Source: an uncultured Gammaproteobacteria bacterium
GTDB taxonomy: Bacteria; Myxococcota_A; UBA796; JAJRTE01
Assembly: GCA_964418585.1 (NCBI GenBank)
Contig: CAYQMG010000089.1
Coordinates: forward strand, 95,185 to 159,184
Length of the DNA: 64,000 nt
Direction of reading: 5' to 3'
Shown: positions 8,599 to 22,700 of the stretch, piece after piece
How the letters are laid out: each line of letters starts with the position of its first letter
Position numbering within the stretch: position 1 is the stretch's first letter
The notes under the pieces: generated by a model
Seen by the model: only the letters and a program-made list of their open reading frames with translations
The model's database searches: none
What the model was told of the DNA's origin: nothing
Position numbers and translations under genes: made by a program

Positions 8599-10683
8599 TC
8601 AGTGATACAACATGGCATAGATATTGGCAACCACTCGACGCATCTCCTTGCGTTCCACGATCATGTCCACCATGCCGTGCTCGAGCAGATATTCGGCCCG
8701 CTGAAACCCTTCTGGTAGTTTCTGGCGGATGGTCTGCTCGATCACGCGGGGACCGGCGAACCCGATGAGTGCGCCTGGCTCGGCGATGTTGACATCACCG
8801 AGCATGGAGAAGCTTGCGGCCACGCCGCCGGTGGTGGGATGACAGAGGAGGGAGATATACGGGAGGCGTGCGTCCTTGAGCCTGGCCAGGGCGGCGCAGG
8901 ATTTGGCCATCTGCATGAGCGAGAGGACGCCTTCCTGCATGCGAGCGCCTCCTGAGGCGGCGATGAGGATGGCGCCTGTTCCAGCTTCCCGGGCGCGTTC
9001 GAACATGCGGGTGACCTTTTCTCCCACGACCGATCCCATGGAGCCGCCCAGGAATGTGAAGTCGAACACGCCGATATGGACCGGCAGGTCATCGATTCGG
9101 GCGGAGCCATAGAGGAATGCGTCCCGGACGCCCAACTTTTTCTGAACCGCCTGAAGCCGCTCCCGGTAGGTTTTCGAGTCCTTGAACTCGAGGGGGTCGT
9201 CGGGGACGATGTTGGCGTCCAGTTCGACGAAGGTGCCGGGGTCCACCATCATTTCGACGCGGCGAGGCGCCGGCAGGTAGTGGTGGAAGCCGCAGCGGGT
9301 GCACACGTTGAGGTTTTGTTCGAAGTCGGGGCGGTAGATGATTTCCCGGCAGCTCTTGCACTTGAACCAGATGGCCTCGAGGGGCCTGCTGGCCTGGGGC
9401 GGCACGTTGTCGAGGGACTCGCCTTGCGTGTCCGTGGCCGGGACCCATTGAGGCACCACCCCCTGTTGTCCGGGTACGGCGGTGGGGCCGGCGTTGCTGA
9501 CCAGTTCTTCGAACAGGCGGCTTCCCGGTGGGGCATGGCGTTCTGGGACGAGTTGTTCCATCACCAGGTCGTGGAGGATGGGTCGGAACTGTGCGATTTT
9601 TTCGTTGTCGCGTGAGGGATGGACCCGGTTGGTCAGCAAGATGACGATGATTTCCCGGGCCACGTCGATCCACAGGGAAGTGCCCGTGAATCCGAGGTGG
9701 CCGACACTCAGGCCGCTGAAATGCTTGCCGGCGGCGGAGCCTTCTCGAGCAGGGACATCCCAGCCGTAGGCGCGCATGGTGCCGTTGGGAAACACGCGCC
9801 GACGCCAGAATTCCCGGACCACGTCGGGGCCGAAGACGAGCCCCCGTTCGCCGTGATAGGCCCTGAGCATGGTGACCGCGAGTGCGTGGATCTCCTCGGC
9901 GCAGGAGAACAGGCCTGCGTGTCCGGACACGCCGCCCATCGCGTGTGCATTGTCGTCGTGGACTTCTCCGGTCAGGTACCGGTCCAGGCGCTTGTTGTAC
10001 TCGGTGGTGGCGAAGGCCTCGAGGGGGAGTCCACGCCGAGGTGGGCGTTCATCCAGGGGGAGGAAGAATGTACGAGTCAGGCCGAGGTGGCGGTAGATGT
10101 GTTCTTCGCAGAACCGGTCGAGCCGTTCCCCGGTGTTTCGTTCGATGGCCTCGGTCAGGAGGATGAAGCCGAGGTCGCTGTAGATGGCCGTCTCACCCCT
10201 GGGTTTCGCCTGGGGGGAATTCATCACCTCGGCGATGATGGCCGCGCGCGCTTCCGGCGTTCCGGGTTCGAGTCGGCCGTGGGCCGGGTTGTGGACGATC
10301 TCCTCGTGAAAGGGGCGCCAGGCAGGCAACCCGGCCCCGTGCACCAGGAGGTCCGAAATGAGGATGCGGTCCTTCCAACCTCCGCGATATTCCGGGATGT
10401 GCCGTGACACCGGATCTTCGAGCGACATGCGGCCGCGTTCGGTCAGGCTCATCACGGCCGGGGTGGTGGCCAACACCTTGGTCAGTGACGCCAGGTCGAA
10501 GATGGTGTCCGGGGCCATCTCCCGCGTCTCCGGCAATCGTTGAGCGAGGCCGTATGCCTTGAAGTGGCGAATCACGCCACCCGCAGAGACCAGCACGACC
10601 GCTCCAGGGAATACTCCATCGCCCACCGCGTCTTCGACGCACCGATCCACCCGGGGCGACAGGCTCTTCTCACCACTCTCCAT
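8599..10683 (-). CDS. accD: Beta-lactamase-fold serine hydrolase fused in frame to acetyl-CoA carboxylase carboxyltransferase beta subunit (AccD)
   Basis: Single 694-aa ORF with no in-frame stop. N-terminal ~380 aa carry SxxK (FDLASLTKV), YSD and HLGFTGT motifs of class C beta-lactamase/esterase fold; C-terminal ~270 aa are clear AccD (Zn-ribbon CKSCREII...CTRCGFHH, then ...LGGSMGSVVGEK...PTTGGVAASF). Confidence 0.85.
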   Translation of the reverse strand: MESGEKSLSPRVDRCVEDAVGDGVFPGAVVLVSAGGVIRHFKAYGLAQRLPETREMAPDTIFDLASLTKVLATTPAVMSLTERGRMSLEDPVSRHIPEYRGGWKDRILISDLLVHGAGLPAWRPFHEEIVHNPAHGRLEPGTPEARAAIIAEVMNSPQAKPRGETAIYSDLGFILLTEAIERNTGERLDRFCEEHIYRHLGLTRTFFLPLDERPPRRGLPLEAFATTEYNKRLDRYLTGEVHDDNAHAMGGVSGHAGLFSCAEEIHALAVTMLRAYHGERGLVFGPDVVREFWRRRVFPNGTMRAYGWDVPAREGSAAGKHFSGLSVGHLGFTGTSLWIDVAREIIVILLTNRVHPSRDNEKIAQFRPILHDLVMEQLVPERHAPPGSRLFEELVSNAGPTAVPGQQGVVPQWVPATDTQGESLDNVPPQASRPLEAIWFKCKSCREIIYRPDFEQNLNVCTRCGFHHYLPAPRRVEMMVDPGTFVELDANIVPDDPLEFKDSKTYRERLQAVQKKLGVRDAFLYGSARIDDLPVHIGVFDFTFLGGSMGSVVGEKVTRMFERAREAGTGAILIAASGGARMQEGVLSLMQMAKSCAALARLKDARLPYISLLCHPTTGGVAASFSMLGDVNIAEPGALIGFAGPRVIEQTIRQKLPEGFQRAEYLLEHGMVDMIVERKEMRRVVANIYAMLYH

Positions 10684-10704
10684 CGGGCTCTCCCCTCTGT
10701 TCCG

Positions 10705-11625
10705 CTATGTGACGGCAGGCTGAACGAGTTCCAGCTTGCCCGTATCCCCATCCAGCACCGCACGGGCACCAATGGGCAAGGTCAGGTTGTCCTCACCATG
10801 GCCGAAAGGAAACCCGGCCACCACCGGTCCCGGCACCTCACCGGCGTATTCCGCCACGATGTCCAGAATCGGTCGGCCTCCCCCGCCGGGTTCCCGGCAG
10901 TCCTTGAACTCTCCAATCACCAGCCCGGCGGCTTCCTGGAGTTTGCCTGCAAGGTGGAGCTGGGCCAGGAGCCGATCCACACGGTAGGGCCGCTCCCCCA
11001 CCTCCTCCAGGAGCAGAAGCTTGCTCCGGGTATCGATCTCGAAAGGCGTTCCCAGAGTCGCTGCCACCAGGGACAGATTGCCACCGCAAAGACGCCCGGC
11101 GGCTCGCCCCCCTCTCAGGCGCACCTGCGGTCCTCCTGACGAGACCAGGGGGTCCGGAATTCGCCCCGGCTGGGACAACAGACCGATCATCTGGTCCAGA
11201 CTCCTCCTTCCCGTCTTGCCCAGACCGGCCACAAGCGGTCCGTGAAAAGTGATGAGTCCCGCCTCCTGGGTGATCCAGTTGAGCAAGGGGGTCAGGTCCG
11301 AATGGCCGAGCACAACCCTTGGCCTCGAGACAAGGCCGTCGAGCCTGACCCTGCCCAGCAGGTGCATCAGTCCGAACCCGCCGCGCGCGAAGAGAATTGC
11401 TGCCAGATCCGGGGAATCCAACATCTCCTGCAACTCGGCCTCGCGCCGCGCCCGGGAACCTGCCAGGTAGTGATACCTCTCGTGAATGTCCTCCCGGTAA
11501 CGAACCTCGAACCCTTGCGCCCGCAGCCAGGCCACACCGGCCTCGAATGCCCTGCGATCGAATCCGCTCGAAGGGGCGGCGATGCCGATGACGTCACCCT
11601 GGTTCAAGGCTGGTGGAGCAATCAT
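10705..11625 (-). CDS. LD-carboxypeptidase (peptidase S66, LdcA-like)
   Basis: 306 aa; N-terminal GDVIGIAAPSS and overall S66 layout; downstream of accD cluster. Confidence 0.8.
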   Translation of the reverse strand: MIAPPALNQGDVIGIAAPSSGFDRRAFEAGVAWLRAQGFEVRYREDIHERYHYLAGSRARREAELQEMLDSPDLAAILFARGGFGLMHLLGRVRLDGLVSRPRVVLGHSDLTPLLNWITQEAGLITFHGPLVAGLGKTGRRSLDQMIGLLSQPGRIPDPLVSSGGPQVRLRGGRAAGRLCGGNLSLVAATLGTPFEIDTRSKLLLLEEVGERPYRVDRLLAQLHLAGKLQEAAGLVIGEFKDCREPGGGGRPILDIVAEYAGEVPGPVVAGFPFGHGEDNLTLPIGARAVLDGDTGKLELVQPAVT

Positions 11626-11735
11626 GCTGGCATGATGCGTGAACCTGGATCGCGATTCAACGAAATTCCATCCTGGTCATCCGATTCCCAGATGTGACCC
11701 AGGGCCGGATGGCCTTCTCGAGCCGAGGAGAGTCC

Positions 11736-12878
11736 TCATGAGGTGCAGAACGAGGTGTCGGAAGGGGGCCGGACCATTTCACACGCTTCCAGGTGAAGCC
11801 GCTCGAACGGGCAAGACGGGCAGTCCAGCTTCTCAACCCTTCCTGTCGGAGCACAGAGGGCCGTCGGCATGCCCCGGACAGGGTCGAGGAATCCTGCAGC
11901 AAGGCGGAGGAGCACATCGAGAGGAATCGCCGAGGGGGGCACGGTCGGGTTCTTGGGGCTTCCCTTGGACAGAATCTTGCCCGAGTCATGAAGGTACCAC
12001 CCCGCAACAGTCCCCACGTCGCGGAGACCCTCCTCTGGGACGGACTGGCCTCGTACCACGCATTCGGCGATTCGAACGGCTTCTGCCAGGGCGCCGAGAT
12101 GGAGTCGGCCGAGTTGCCCGTTGCTTCTCACCGTGATCCCGGTGTGCCCGCGGGAGTTGCGGTGCACGATGAGATCGGCCCGGTGCAGGCGGGCCACCTT
12201 GAGGGCTGCGGTGCTGTCCGACACCAGGGACACCACCCGGCTGCCGTCCGACAGTCGGAGGATCGTGGCGGTCTTCTTGAAATCGGTCCGTGCCCGGGTC
12301 CAGTCGCGCTCCGTCGCATAGGCCGCGTCATACAGGTCCATCATGATGTCCGTGACACGGTCAGGGCTGTCCGGGTGCACGATGTTGAGCCCCCGGATGA
12401 GATTCGGGAGACACACAAGGTGATCCATGGGATTCCGAGACGCGATCGACCGCGCCCGGGTCTCCTGGAGGCGAACGAACTCGAGAAGCTTGGTGAGTTC
12501 CGGTTCCTCGTTCACGCCCAGGTCCTTGGCCACGAGCCAGGACGCGGACTTGTCTTGCTTCGAACTGTCTCGAGCCCCCTGGTGTGCGTGGGTGTCGAGT
12601 CGCCCACCGCCTGTGTCGACGGCGAGAATGCCCCGATCTCGTTCCAGGGTGTCCGGGTCCAGGCCGTCAGGGAGTTGCCCGGCCGGTACGTAAAGGACCG
12701 GAACCTGGTCGATGCCCGGATACCGATCCCGTCCGAATCGGCGCAGGAGCCAGATACAGAGCGTGTTGTCCAGGTCAGGATTCTCGTGGGTCAAGATCGC
12801 TTTCACGGATTGTTTCCTGTCGGTTGCCATGGGCGATTTCTGGCGGTCGGTGCCGGTGACCACGATGACAACCTCCAT
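11736..12878 (-). CDS. Hypothetical protein with DHH-phosphoesterase-like N-terminal motif
   Basis: 380 aa; HENPDLD near N-terminus resembles DHH motif I and LDTHAH a degenerate motif III; C-terminal CPSCP. Start could also be ATG 12830 (MATDRKQ). Confidence 0.4.
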   Translation of the reverse strand: MEVVIVVTGTDRQKSPMATDRKQSVKAILTHENPDLDNTLCIWLLRRFGRDRYPGIDQVPVLYVPAGQLPDGLDPDTLERDRGILAVDTGGGRLDTHAHQGARDSSKQDKSASWLVAKDLGVNEEPELTKLLEFVRLQETRARSIASRNPMDHLVCLPNLIRGLNIVHPDSPDRVTDIMMDLYDAAYATERDWTRARTDFKKTATILRLSDGSRVVSLVSDSTAALKVARLHRADLIVHRNSRGHTGITVRSNGQLGRLHLGALAEAVRIAECVVRGQSVPEEGLRDVGTVAGWYLHDSGKILSKGSPKNPTVPPSAIPLDVLLRLAAGFLDPVRGMPTALCAPTGRVEKLDCPSCPFERLHLEACEMVRPPSDTSFCTS

Positions 12879-12985
12879 GCCCCGGCTCCGGCACGGAGGC
12901 GCGCACTCCGCCCGGGTGCACGAGCGCGCTACTCTAGTCGATGTTTAGGGAAACTGTCAAGGAGCTTTTCCGCCGACACATGGGG

Positions 12986-15820
12986 TCAGGCAAGGGTCCG
13001 CGCACACCGGAACCCGGCTACCCCCTTGGAAAGCACTGGATCAAGGAAGGAACGGCTGGCGCAGCGCATGTACCGGTCCGTGTCCACCCAGGCACCGCCC
13101 TTGAGCACACGGAGGCCCTGCGACTCGTTGTACCAGTCATCGCACCATTCGCGCACACCTCCCGCCATGTCCCGGACACCGTAGGGCGAGATGTCTTCTG
13201 GAAAACTCTTGATGGGCTCGGGCTCCGGTGCCCAAGGGCGGGAAAGCCGGGACTTGCAGAATGTGGGGTCGAACTGGTTGCCCCACGGAAACACACGCTC
13301 GTCCGCTCCCCGACCCGCCTTCTCCCATTCCACCTCGGTGGGCAGCCGGAACTCCATGCCCGATATCTCCGATTGCCAGGCGCAATAAGCTTCGGCAAAT
13401 TCGAATTCGACGCCAAAAATGGGCACGTCGTAGGCCATTCCGGGACGGCCCAGAGCACGTCCTTCCGGCCCAATCAGGTCCGGGATCGGCTCGTACCCGT
13501 TGGGCCCCAGCACCACCAGGGGAAGCCCCTCGTCCAGCCTCGGCTTGAGCCGCTCCGCTTCCGCTGGATCCACCTCGAGCCAGGCGTTCAGGAACTCGAT
13601 GTACTTGCGAAACGTGACTGGGAACTCCTGGATGGCAAAGCTCGCCACCAGTTTTTTCTCCTTCGGGTAGCCGTCAATGGCCTCCCGGTCGCCCCCGAGA
13701 AAGACCTCGCTCTCCGGAACATAGACGAATCCATCCCCGATTTCGGCATGGGTCCGCATCTTGATGGCAGCCCGGCACGTTTCCTGTCGTTCCAGCTTTA
13801 CCGGGTAGTAGACATCGCGGTATCCGGCTGCTCGAAGCACGATGAGGTAGCTTCCTTGGGGCAGGGCCACCTCCTCCACGGGGGTGTAGCCGAGCATGCG
13901 CGCGTCCACAGGTCGCAACACCCGGTCGCGTTCCTCATACCGGTAGAACCACACCTCTGCACCGGCTGGTTGGGAGGAGACCGAGAGGGTCCCCTCACCC
14001 TTGAGGAACGCTGCGTACCGTTTGACGGTGTACTGCCTCACCATGGATTCGCAGTAGATGGCTTCCGAGCGGTCGCCTTCTCGAATGGCCTTGCGATACT
14101 GGCTGACGAACAGGTCGGCCAGGCCTTCGCGTGCGTCCCGGTTGGAGGGGTCGTGGGCCAGGGCCTGACTGAAACGAGCGACGGCCTCCCCGAACGTGGT
14201 GAGAATCTTGGCCTCGATTTCGGCGACGCGATCCCACGTGGCCCAGACGCCGCGCTTGCGTTCGATGGGCTCCCATCCCTGGATTCCGTGTCCTGCGCGC
14301 CGGGCCACGTTCTTGGCCATCAGCAGGTCCTGTTGAAGCTGCTGGTGCTGCTTCACCAGTTCCTGCGCTTCCACGATCTTCTTTTGGGCCTCTTCCCGCC
14401 GCTTGGTTCCCTCCAGATAGGCCTCGAGTTCCTGCTGAAGGTCCTTGACACTCTGGAACCGTTCGTCCGGGTTCTTGGCCAGGCACCGCATGCAGATTTG
14501 CTCGAGTTCCTCTGGAACCTGATTCTGGGGGGCCATGATGGAGGGGCGGACCGGCATCTCAATGGGGACCCGCCGGAGCACTTCCTTGACATCACCCCGG
14601 AAAGGCGGGCGGTAGGTCAGGATCTCGTACAGGATCGCACCCAGCGCATACACGTCGGTACGCTCATCGATTTCGTCATTCCGGCCTCGAGCCTGCTCCG
14701 GCGCCATGTATGCTGGTGTGCCCTCGATCGCGCCGACCAGGGTGTCCTCGGGCGACCCGTGGCGGACGAGCTTGACCACGCTGAGCCCTTTTTCCCGGGC
14801 CTTCTTGGCAGCGTCCGGGCGCAGTCGGGCGACGCCCCAGTCGAGCACGGTCACCTCACCGTAGCTTCCCAGCATGATGTTGGATGGCTTCAGGTCCCGG
14901 TGGATGACCCCGCGGTCGTGGGCATAGGCAACGGCCTGGCATACCTGGAGTAGAATGGAGATGAGGCGCACCGGGCCGTACTGGAGCCGGAGAAGGGGAT
15001 TCTTTTTGCGAAGCCCCACGATGACGTTTTTGAGCGTTCGCCCCTCGATCTTTTTCATCGTGTAGTAGGGCAGTCCATTCTCCAGTCTTCCCAGTTCGTG
15101 CACCGGTATGATGATCGGGTGCTCGAGCTGCCCCGTGATCTGGGCTTCATCGTAGAACTTCCGCACCTGGCGGGCATCGCTCAGGCCCTTGCGCAACAGT
15201 ACCTTCAGCGCGATGGGCCGACCGATGAAGTCGTCCACCGCATGCAGGATGCGTCCCTGTCCTCCCCGATTGAGTTCGCCAAGAACCCGGTAGCGCCCCC
15301 AGCGGGTCGGCACCACGTCGTCAGGAGGAGCCAGTTCAGGGTCGAGCGCCGGGCCCGGGGCCACTCCGCCACCGATTCCGCTCGAGGAGGGATTTCCGCC
15401 CGAAGGCGTGCCGGTGGCCGAACGCACGCCCGAGCCGCCGCTGGCACTCCGCTCATGACCTCCGCCGCTCCCCATCGCCCCGGAGCCCTGGGCCGGCCCC
15501 CTTTCCCTCGAGGCGTCCGCCGTGCGAGAGTCCGCCTCCGATATGTCCTCGAGCTGGACCGATTCGATCACCGAGGAACTCAGGGCGTCCGAGACCATGG
15601 CTTCCAGGTCGATCTCTTCCTCGACGCTCCGGTCGACCTGCGTGACCTCCCCTTCGGAAGCGGTGTCCTCCGGGCCGGTCTGGGCCACCGCCCCGAACAC
15701 GTCGGACAGGAGGCCGGCCTGAAGGGCTTCAGGAGAAATCGGTTCGGAACCGTGACGCTGGAGAAACCGCTCCAGCGCCTCCTTCACCTGTTCGGGAGTC
15801 AACTGTTTCTGCCGCCCCAC
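12986..15820 (-). CDS. Ser/Thr protein kinase fused to PEGA-like and FGE-sulfatase (SUMF1-like) domains
   Basis: 944 aa; Hanks kinase motifs (HRDLKPSNIML, DWGVAR, GTPAYMAPE); C-terminal ...RVLKGGAWVDTDRYMRCASR...GFRCARTLA typical of FGE-sulfatase domain. Confidence 0.85.
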   Translation of the reverse strand: MGRQKQLTPEQVKEALERFLQRHGSEPISPEALQAGLLSDVFGAVAQTGPEDTASEGEVTQVDRSVEEEIDLEAMVSDALSSSVIESVQLEDISEADSRTADASRERGPAQGSGAMGSGGGHERSASGGSGVRSATGTPSGGNPSSSGIGGGVAPGPALDPELAPPDDVVPTRWGRYRVLGELNRGGQGRILHAVDDFIGRPIALKVLLRKGLSDARQVRKFYDEAQITGQLEHPIIIPVHELGRLENGLPYYTMKKIEGRTLKNVIVGLRKKNPLLRLQYGPVRLISILLQVCQAVAYAHDRGVIHRDLKPSNIMLGSYGEVTVLDWGVARLRPDAAKKAREKGLSVVKLVRHGSPEDTLVGAIEGTPAYMAPEQARGRNDEIDERTDVYALGAILYEILTYRPPFRGDVKEVLRRVPIEMPVRPSIMAPQNQVPEELEQICMRCLAKNPDERFQSVKDLQQELEAYLEGTKRREEAQKKIVEAQELVKQHQQLQQDLLMAKNVARRAGHGIQGWEPIERKRGVWATWDRVAEIEAKILTTFGEAVARFSQALAHDPSNRDAREGLADLFVSQYRKAIREGDRSEAIYCESMVRQYTVKRYAAFLKGEGTLSVSSQPAGAEVWFYRYEERDRVLRPVDARMLGYTPVEEVALPQGSYLIVLRAAGYRDVYYPVKLERQETCRAAIKMRTHAEIGDGFVYVPESEVFLGGDREAIDGYPKEKKLVASFAIQEFPVTFRKYIEFLNAWLEVDPAEAERLKPRLDEGLPLVVLGPNGYEPIPDLIGPEGRALGRPGMAYDVPIFGVEFEFAEAYCAWQSEISGMEFRLPTEVEWEKAGRGADERVFPWGNQFDPTFCKSRLSRPWAPEPEPIKSFPEDISPYGVRDMAGGVREWCDDWYNESQGLRVLKGGAWVDTDRYMRCASRSFLDPVLSKGVAGFRCARTLA

Positions 15821-16019
15821 AACGTGCTCCTGTGCTTTGGTCGGCCCGGCCGCACACGGCCCAGGCCCCGGGACTTCTCGGCGGGACTGGACCTTTTACT
15901 CTACCACGGTCCGAACACCGCATCCAGGGAGAAGCGCCGCTGCGCCACGGCGCCCCGCGCCTTGATAACGCAGACCCATCGGTTCGTTGGGGAGGGTGCG
16001 TGCCTTGCCGCCAAAGCTA

Positions 16020-16047
16020 TTGACGGCCCCGGACCGGGCGGTAAGAT
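16020..16047 (+). promoter_or_regulatory. Candidate sigma70-type promoter for dnaE (TTGACG-16 nt-TAAGAT)
   Basis: attgacggccccggaccgggcggtaagatg about 100 bp upstream of dnaE ATG; by eye only. Confidence 0.3.
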
Positions 16048-16149
16048 GAAACGCACGGTCCGGCCGGGCACAGGGGCTCCGGCCGTTCCACAGGCGTCCG
16101 GGAAAAGCCTGGTGTCACCTCGAGACCCATCCGCTCACAAGGGGAACGT

Positions 16150-19698
<3,549 letters not shown>

Positions 19699-19749
19699 TG
19701 AACCCGAACCGTTCGAGCCTGAGCGGCGCTGGGGTGGCGACAGTCTTTC

Positions 19750-22700
19750 TCAGCCGACCCCGTTCGTCTCGGTCCCGTGGAGCCGTTGGATCCAGAACGA
19801 GGCGATGCGACTCGAGAGGTGGTCCACGAGGGTGTAGGCGAGCGGGACGATGATCAGGGTGAACAGGGTGGCGGCGAAGAGTCCTCCGATCACGGTGAGC
19901 GCCAGGGGCGACATGGTTTCGGAGCCTTCCCCTTTGCTGATCGCCATGGGCAGCATGGCGGTAATGGTGGTGAGCGATGTGATGAGGACGGGGCGCAGGC
20001 GGGTGGAAGCCCCTTCGATCACGGCCTGGCGCATCGCCAACCCTTGCTGACGCAGTTGATTGATGTAGTCCACCATGACGATGCCGTTGTTGACCACGAT
20101 ACCCGCAAGCATGATCACGCCCAGGAACGAAGGCACGGAAAGGGTGGTGCCGGTGAGGAAGAAGATCCATATCACCCCCATGAATGCGAGGGGCATGGTG
20201 AACATCACGGTGAATGGATGGGAGAGGCTTTCGAACTGGCTGGCCATGACCATGTACACCATCAGCACGGCCAGGATCATGGCCTCGAGAAGCTGGATGA
20301 AGGCATCGATCATGTCGGCGAACTCTCCACCGAATTCCACCATGTATCCCTGGGGAAGCTGATGGATCAAGGGGGCGATGGCCTCTTGCACCAGCCCCAT
20401 GGCCTCGTTCAGATTCGTGTCCGCAATGTCTGCTGTGATGGAGACGACCCGTGACTGGTTTTCTCGGGAGATTTTCACCGGGCCTTCACCCACCTCGATG
20501 CGGGCCACCTGCCCAAGGGGGATCGTACCGCCTGTGGGCAGGCTGAGCAGGATTTGCTCGAGGGCGCGGCGGTCGGCGCGATAGGGTTCGGCATACCGCA
20601 CGCGAACGTCGATCTCCTTCCCCGATTCCCGGAAACGGGTGGCCACCGTGCCCAGGGTCGCCGTCTTGATGGTATTGGCAATCTGGCCGACCGTGAGCCC
20701 GTAGGTCGCCGCCTTGTCCCGGTCGATCACGATGTGCTCCTCGGGCTTGGCCACCCGCATGGTGGTGTCCACGTCCACCAGCAAGGGGGCGTTCGAACTT
20801 TCGGATTCGACTCCGAACAGCGCCTTGATTCGCTCGAAAAACGTTGGTGGTTTCGGGATACGGGAGATGGTGTCGGCAACGCGCTCCGACCACAATTTGA
20901 GCTTGTCGAAGTCCGCCCCGAACAGCTTGATGTCGATGGGCCGGTTGCTTCCGCCCCCCATGTTCGACGCCATGTCGATGAACTCGAATTCGACCTGGTC
21001 GAGTTCGGGCAACGCTTCCCGGATCTTGGCCTGAAGTCGCTTGTTCCCGGGGATCTTGCGCTGACCCTTCTCCTTCAGTCGAGCCCACAGCATCGCCTCG
21101 TGCACGCCTGTGTTCGACGTTTGGGACATCCCGGCGCCCACGTCGTTCTCGTCCACGCCCAGCATGGTTCCCACCACGAGCACGTCGTCGAATTGCTCGA
21201 ACACCCGCTCCACACGCCTCGCCACTCGAGAGGTTTCTTCGAGCGGCGTGCCCACGGGCAGGCTGAGCTTGGCGACGAGGATGGGGCGTGACTCGTCGGG
21301 CATGAACTCGGCCCCGACCATGAACGCCATGCCCACGGTGAGGAGGAAGAGGGCACCGAGCGCGCCGAAGGTGGCCTTGCGGTGGTCCAGGCACCAGGCG
21401 AGGACCTGTTGATACCGGGATTTGAACCGTTCGAACCGCCCACCCGCCCTGGTGCGCAAGGTGCTTCCGGAGGAGAAGAAGATCGAGGCGAGAGATGGCA
21501 CGATGGTCAGGGCCACGAAAAGAGAGGAGAACAGCGCCGCCGCAACGGTAATGGCCAGGCCTCGAGCCAGTTGGCCGGCCAGTCCCTGGCTGAACAGGAT
21601 GGGCAGGAACACGACCATGGTCGTGAACGTGGACGCTGAGATGGCCATGCCGACCTCGCCGGCTCCTCGCTTGGCCGCAGTCCGGCGATCTTCTCCTTTT
21701 TCCAGGTGACGAAAGATGTTCTCGATCACCACCACGGCGTTGTCCACCAGCATCCCGATGCCGAGCACCAGGCCTCCCATGGTCATCATGTTGAGCGTCT
21801 CACCCATGAAGTACATCGGGATGAAGGTGGTGAGCAGACTCAGCGGAATCACCACAGCGATCGTGGCCGTGGGCCGGGCGTTCCGAAGGAACAGGTACAT
21901 GATCACCACGGCCAGGAGTGCACCCACGATCCCGTTTTGTGTGACTGAATCGGCGAGCAATTCGATGACTCGTCCGGTGTCCATCAGCAGGTCGAAGTGG
22001 ATCTCCTTGGGGAGCAGTTCCTTCAGTTTCTCCAACTCCTCCATGTAGGCGCGCCGGACCCGGAGCGGATTGGCGCCCGATTCCTTCATGATCATCATCA
22101 TGAGAGATTCGAGACCACCGACGCGCACCATGCTCCGGACATCCTTGGTCGTGCGCTTGACATCGGCAATGGTGCGAAGGTAGATGGGGGCGCCGGTCCT
22201 GGGCGACATCCCGACTGCGGTCTTCTTGATGTCCTCGAGGCTTTTGAACATCCCCACGGTGCGGAGGAGGTATTCCTTTCTCCCTGCTACCTGTCGGCCG
22301 GCAGGCAGGTTCATGTTCTGGGCAGCCAGGGCCATGAGCACCCTGTCCGGGGAGATACCCGAACCCGCCAGTGCGGTCCGGTCGAGGTTGACCTGGATCT
22401 CCTCGGTGCGTCCTCCCAAGAATGCGGCCTGTGCCACCCCTGGGAGACGCTCGAGCCGGCTTTGCACCGTGTCCTTCATCAGGTCGCGCAGGGCAATGGT
22501 GTCCTTCATCCCGGACACGGCGTAGACCGCGGAAGGAAAGGAGGAAAGGTTGAACTTGATGACGATCGGATCCTCCACGTCCGGAGGCATGTAGGGCTCG
22601 ATCAGCGCGACCGCTTCCCGAATGTCTGCTGCTGCCGCGTCCAGGTCGGTCCCCCACACGAAATCGAGCATCAGATAGCAGACATCCTCCTGGGACACCG

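Noticed and set aside
12941-14953. 670-aa plus-strand track ORF
   Set aside because: Antisense to the Ser/Thr kinase-FGE gene, which has clear Hanks kinase motifs; no motifs of its own.
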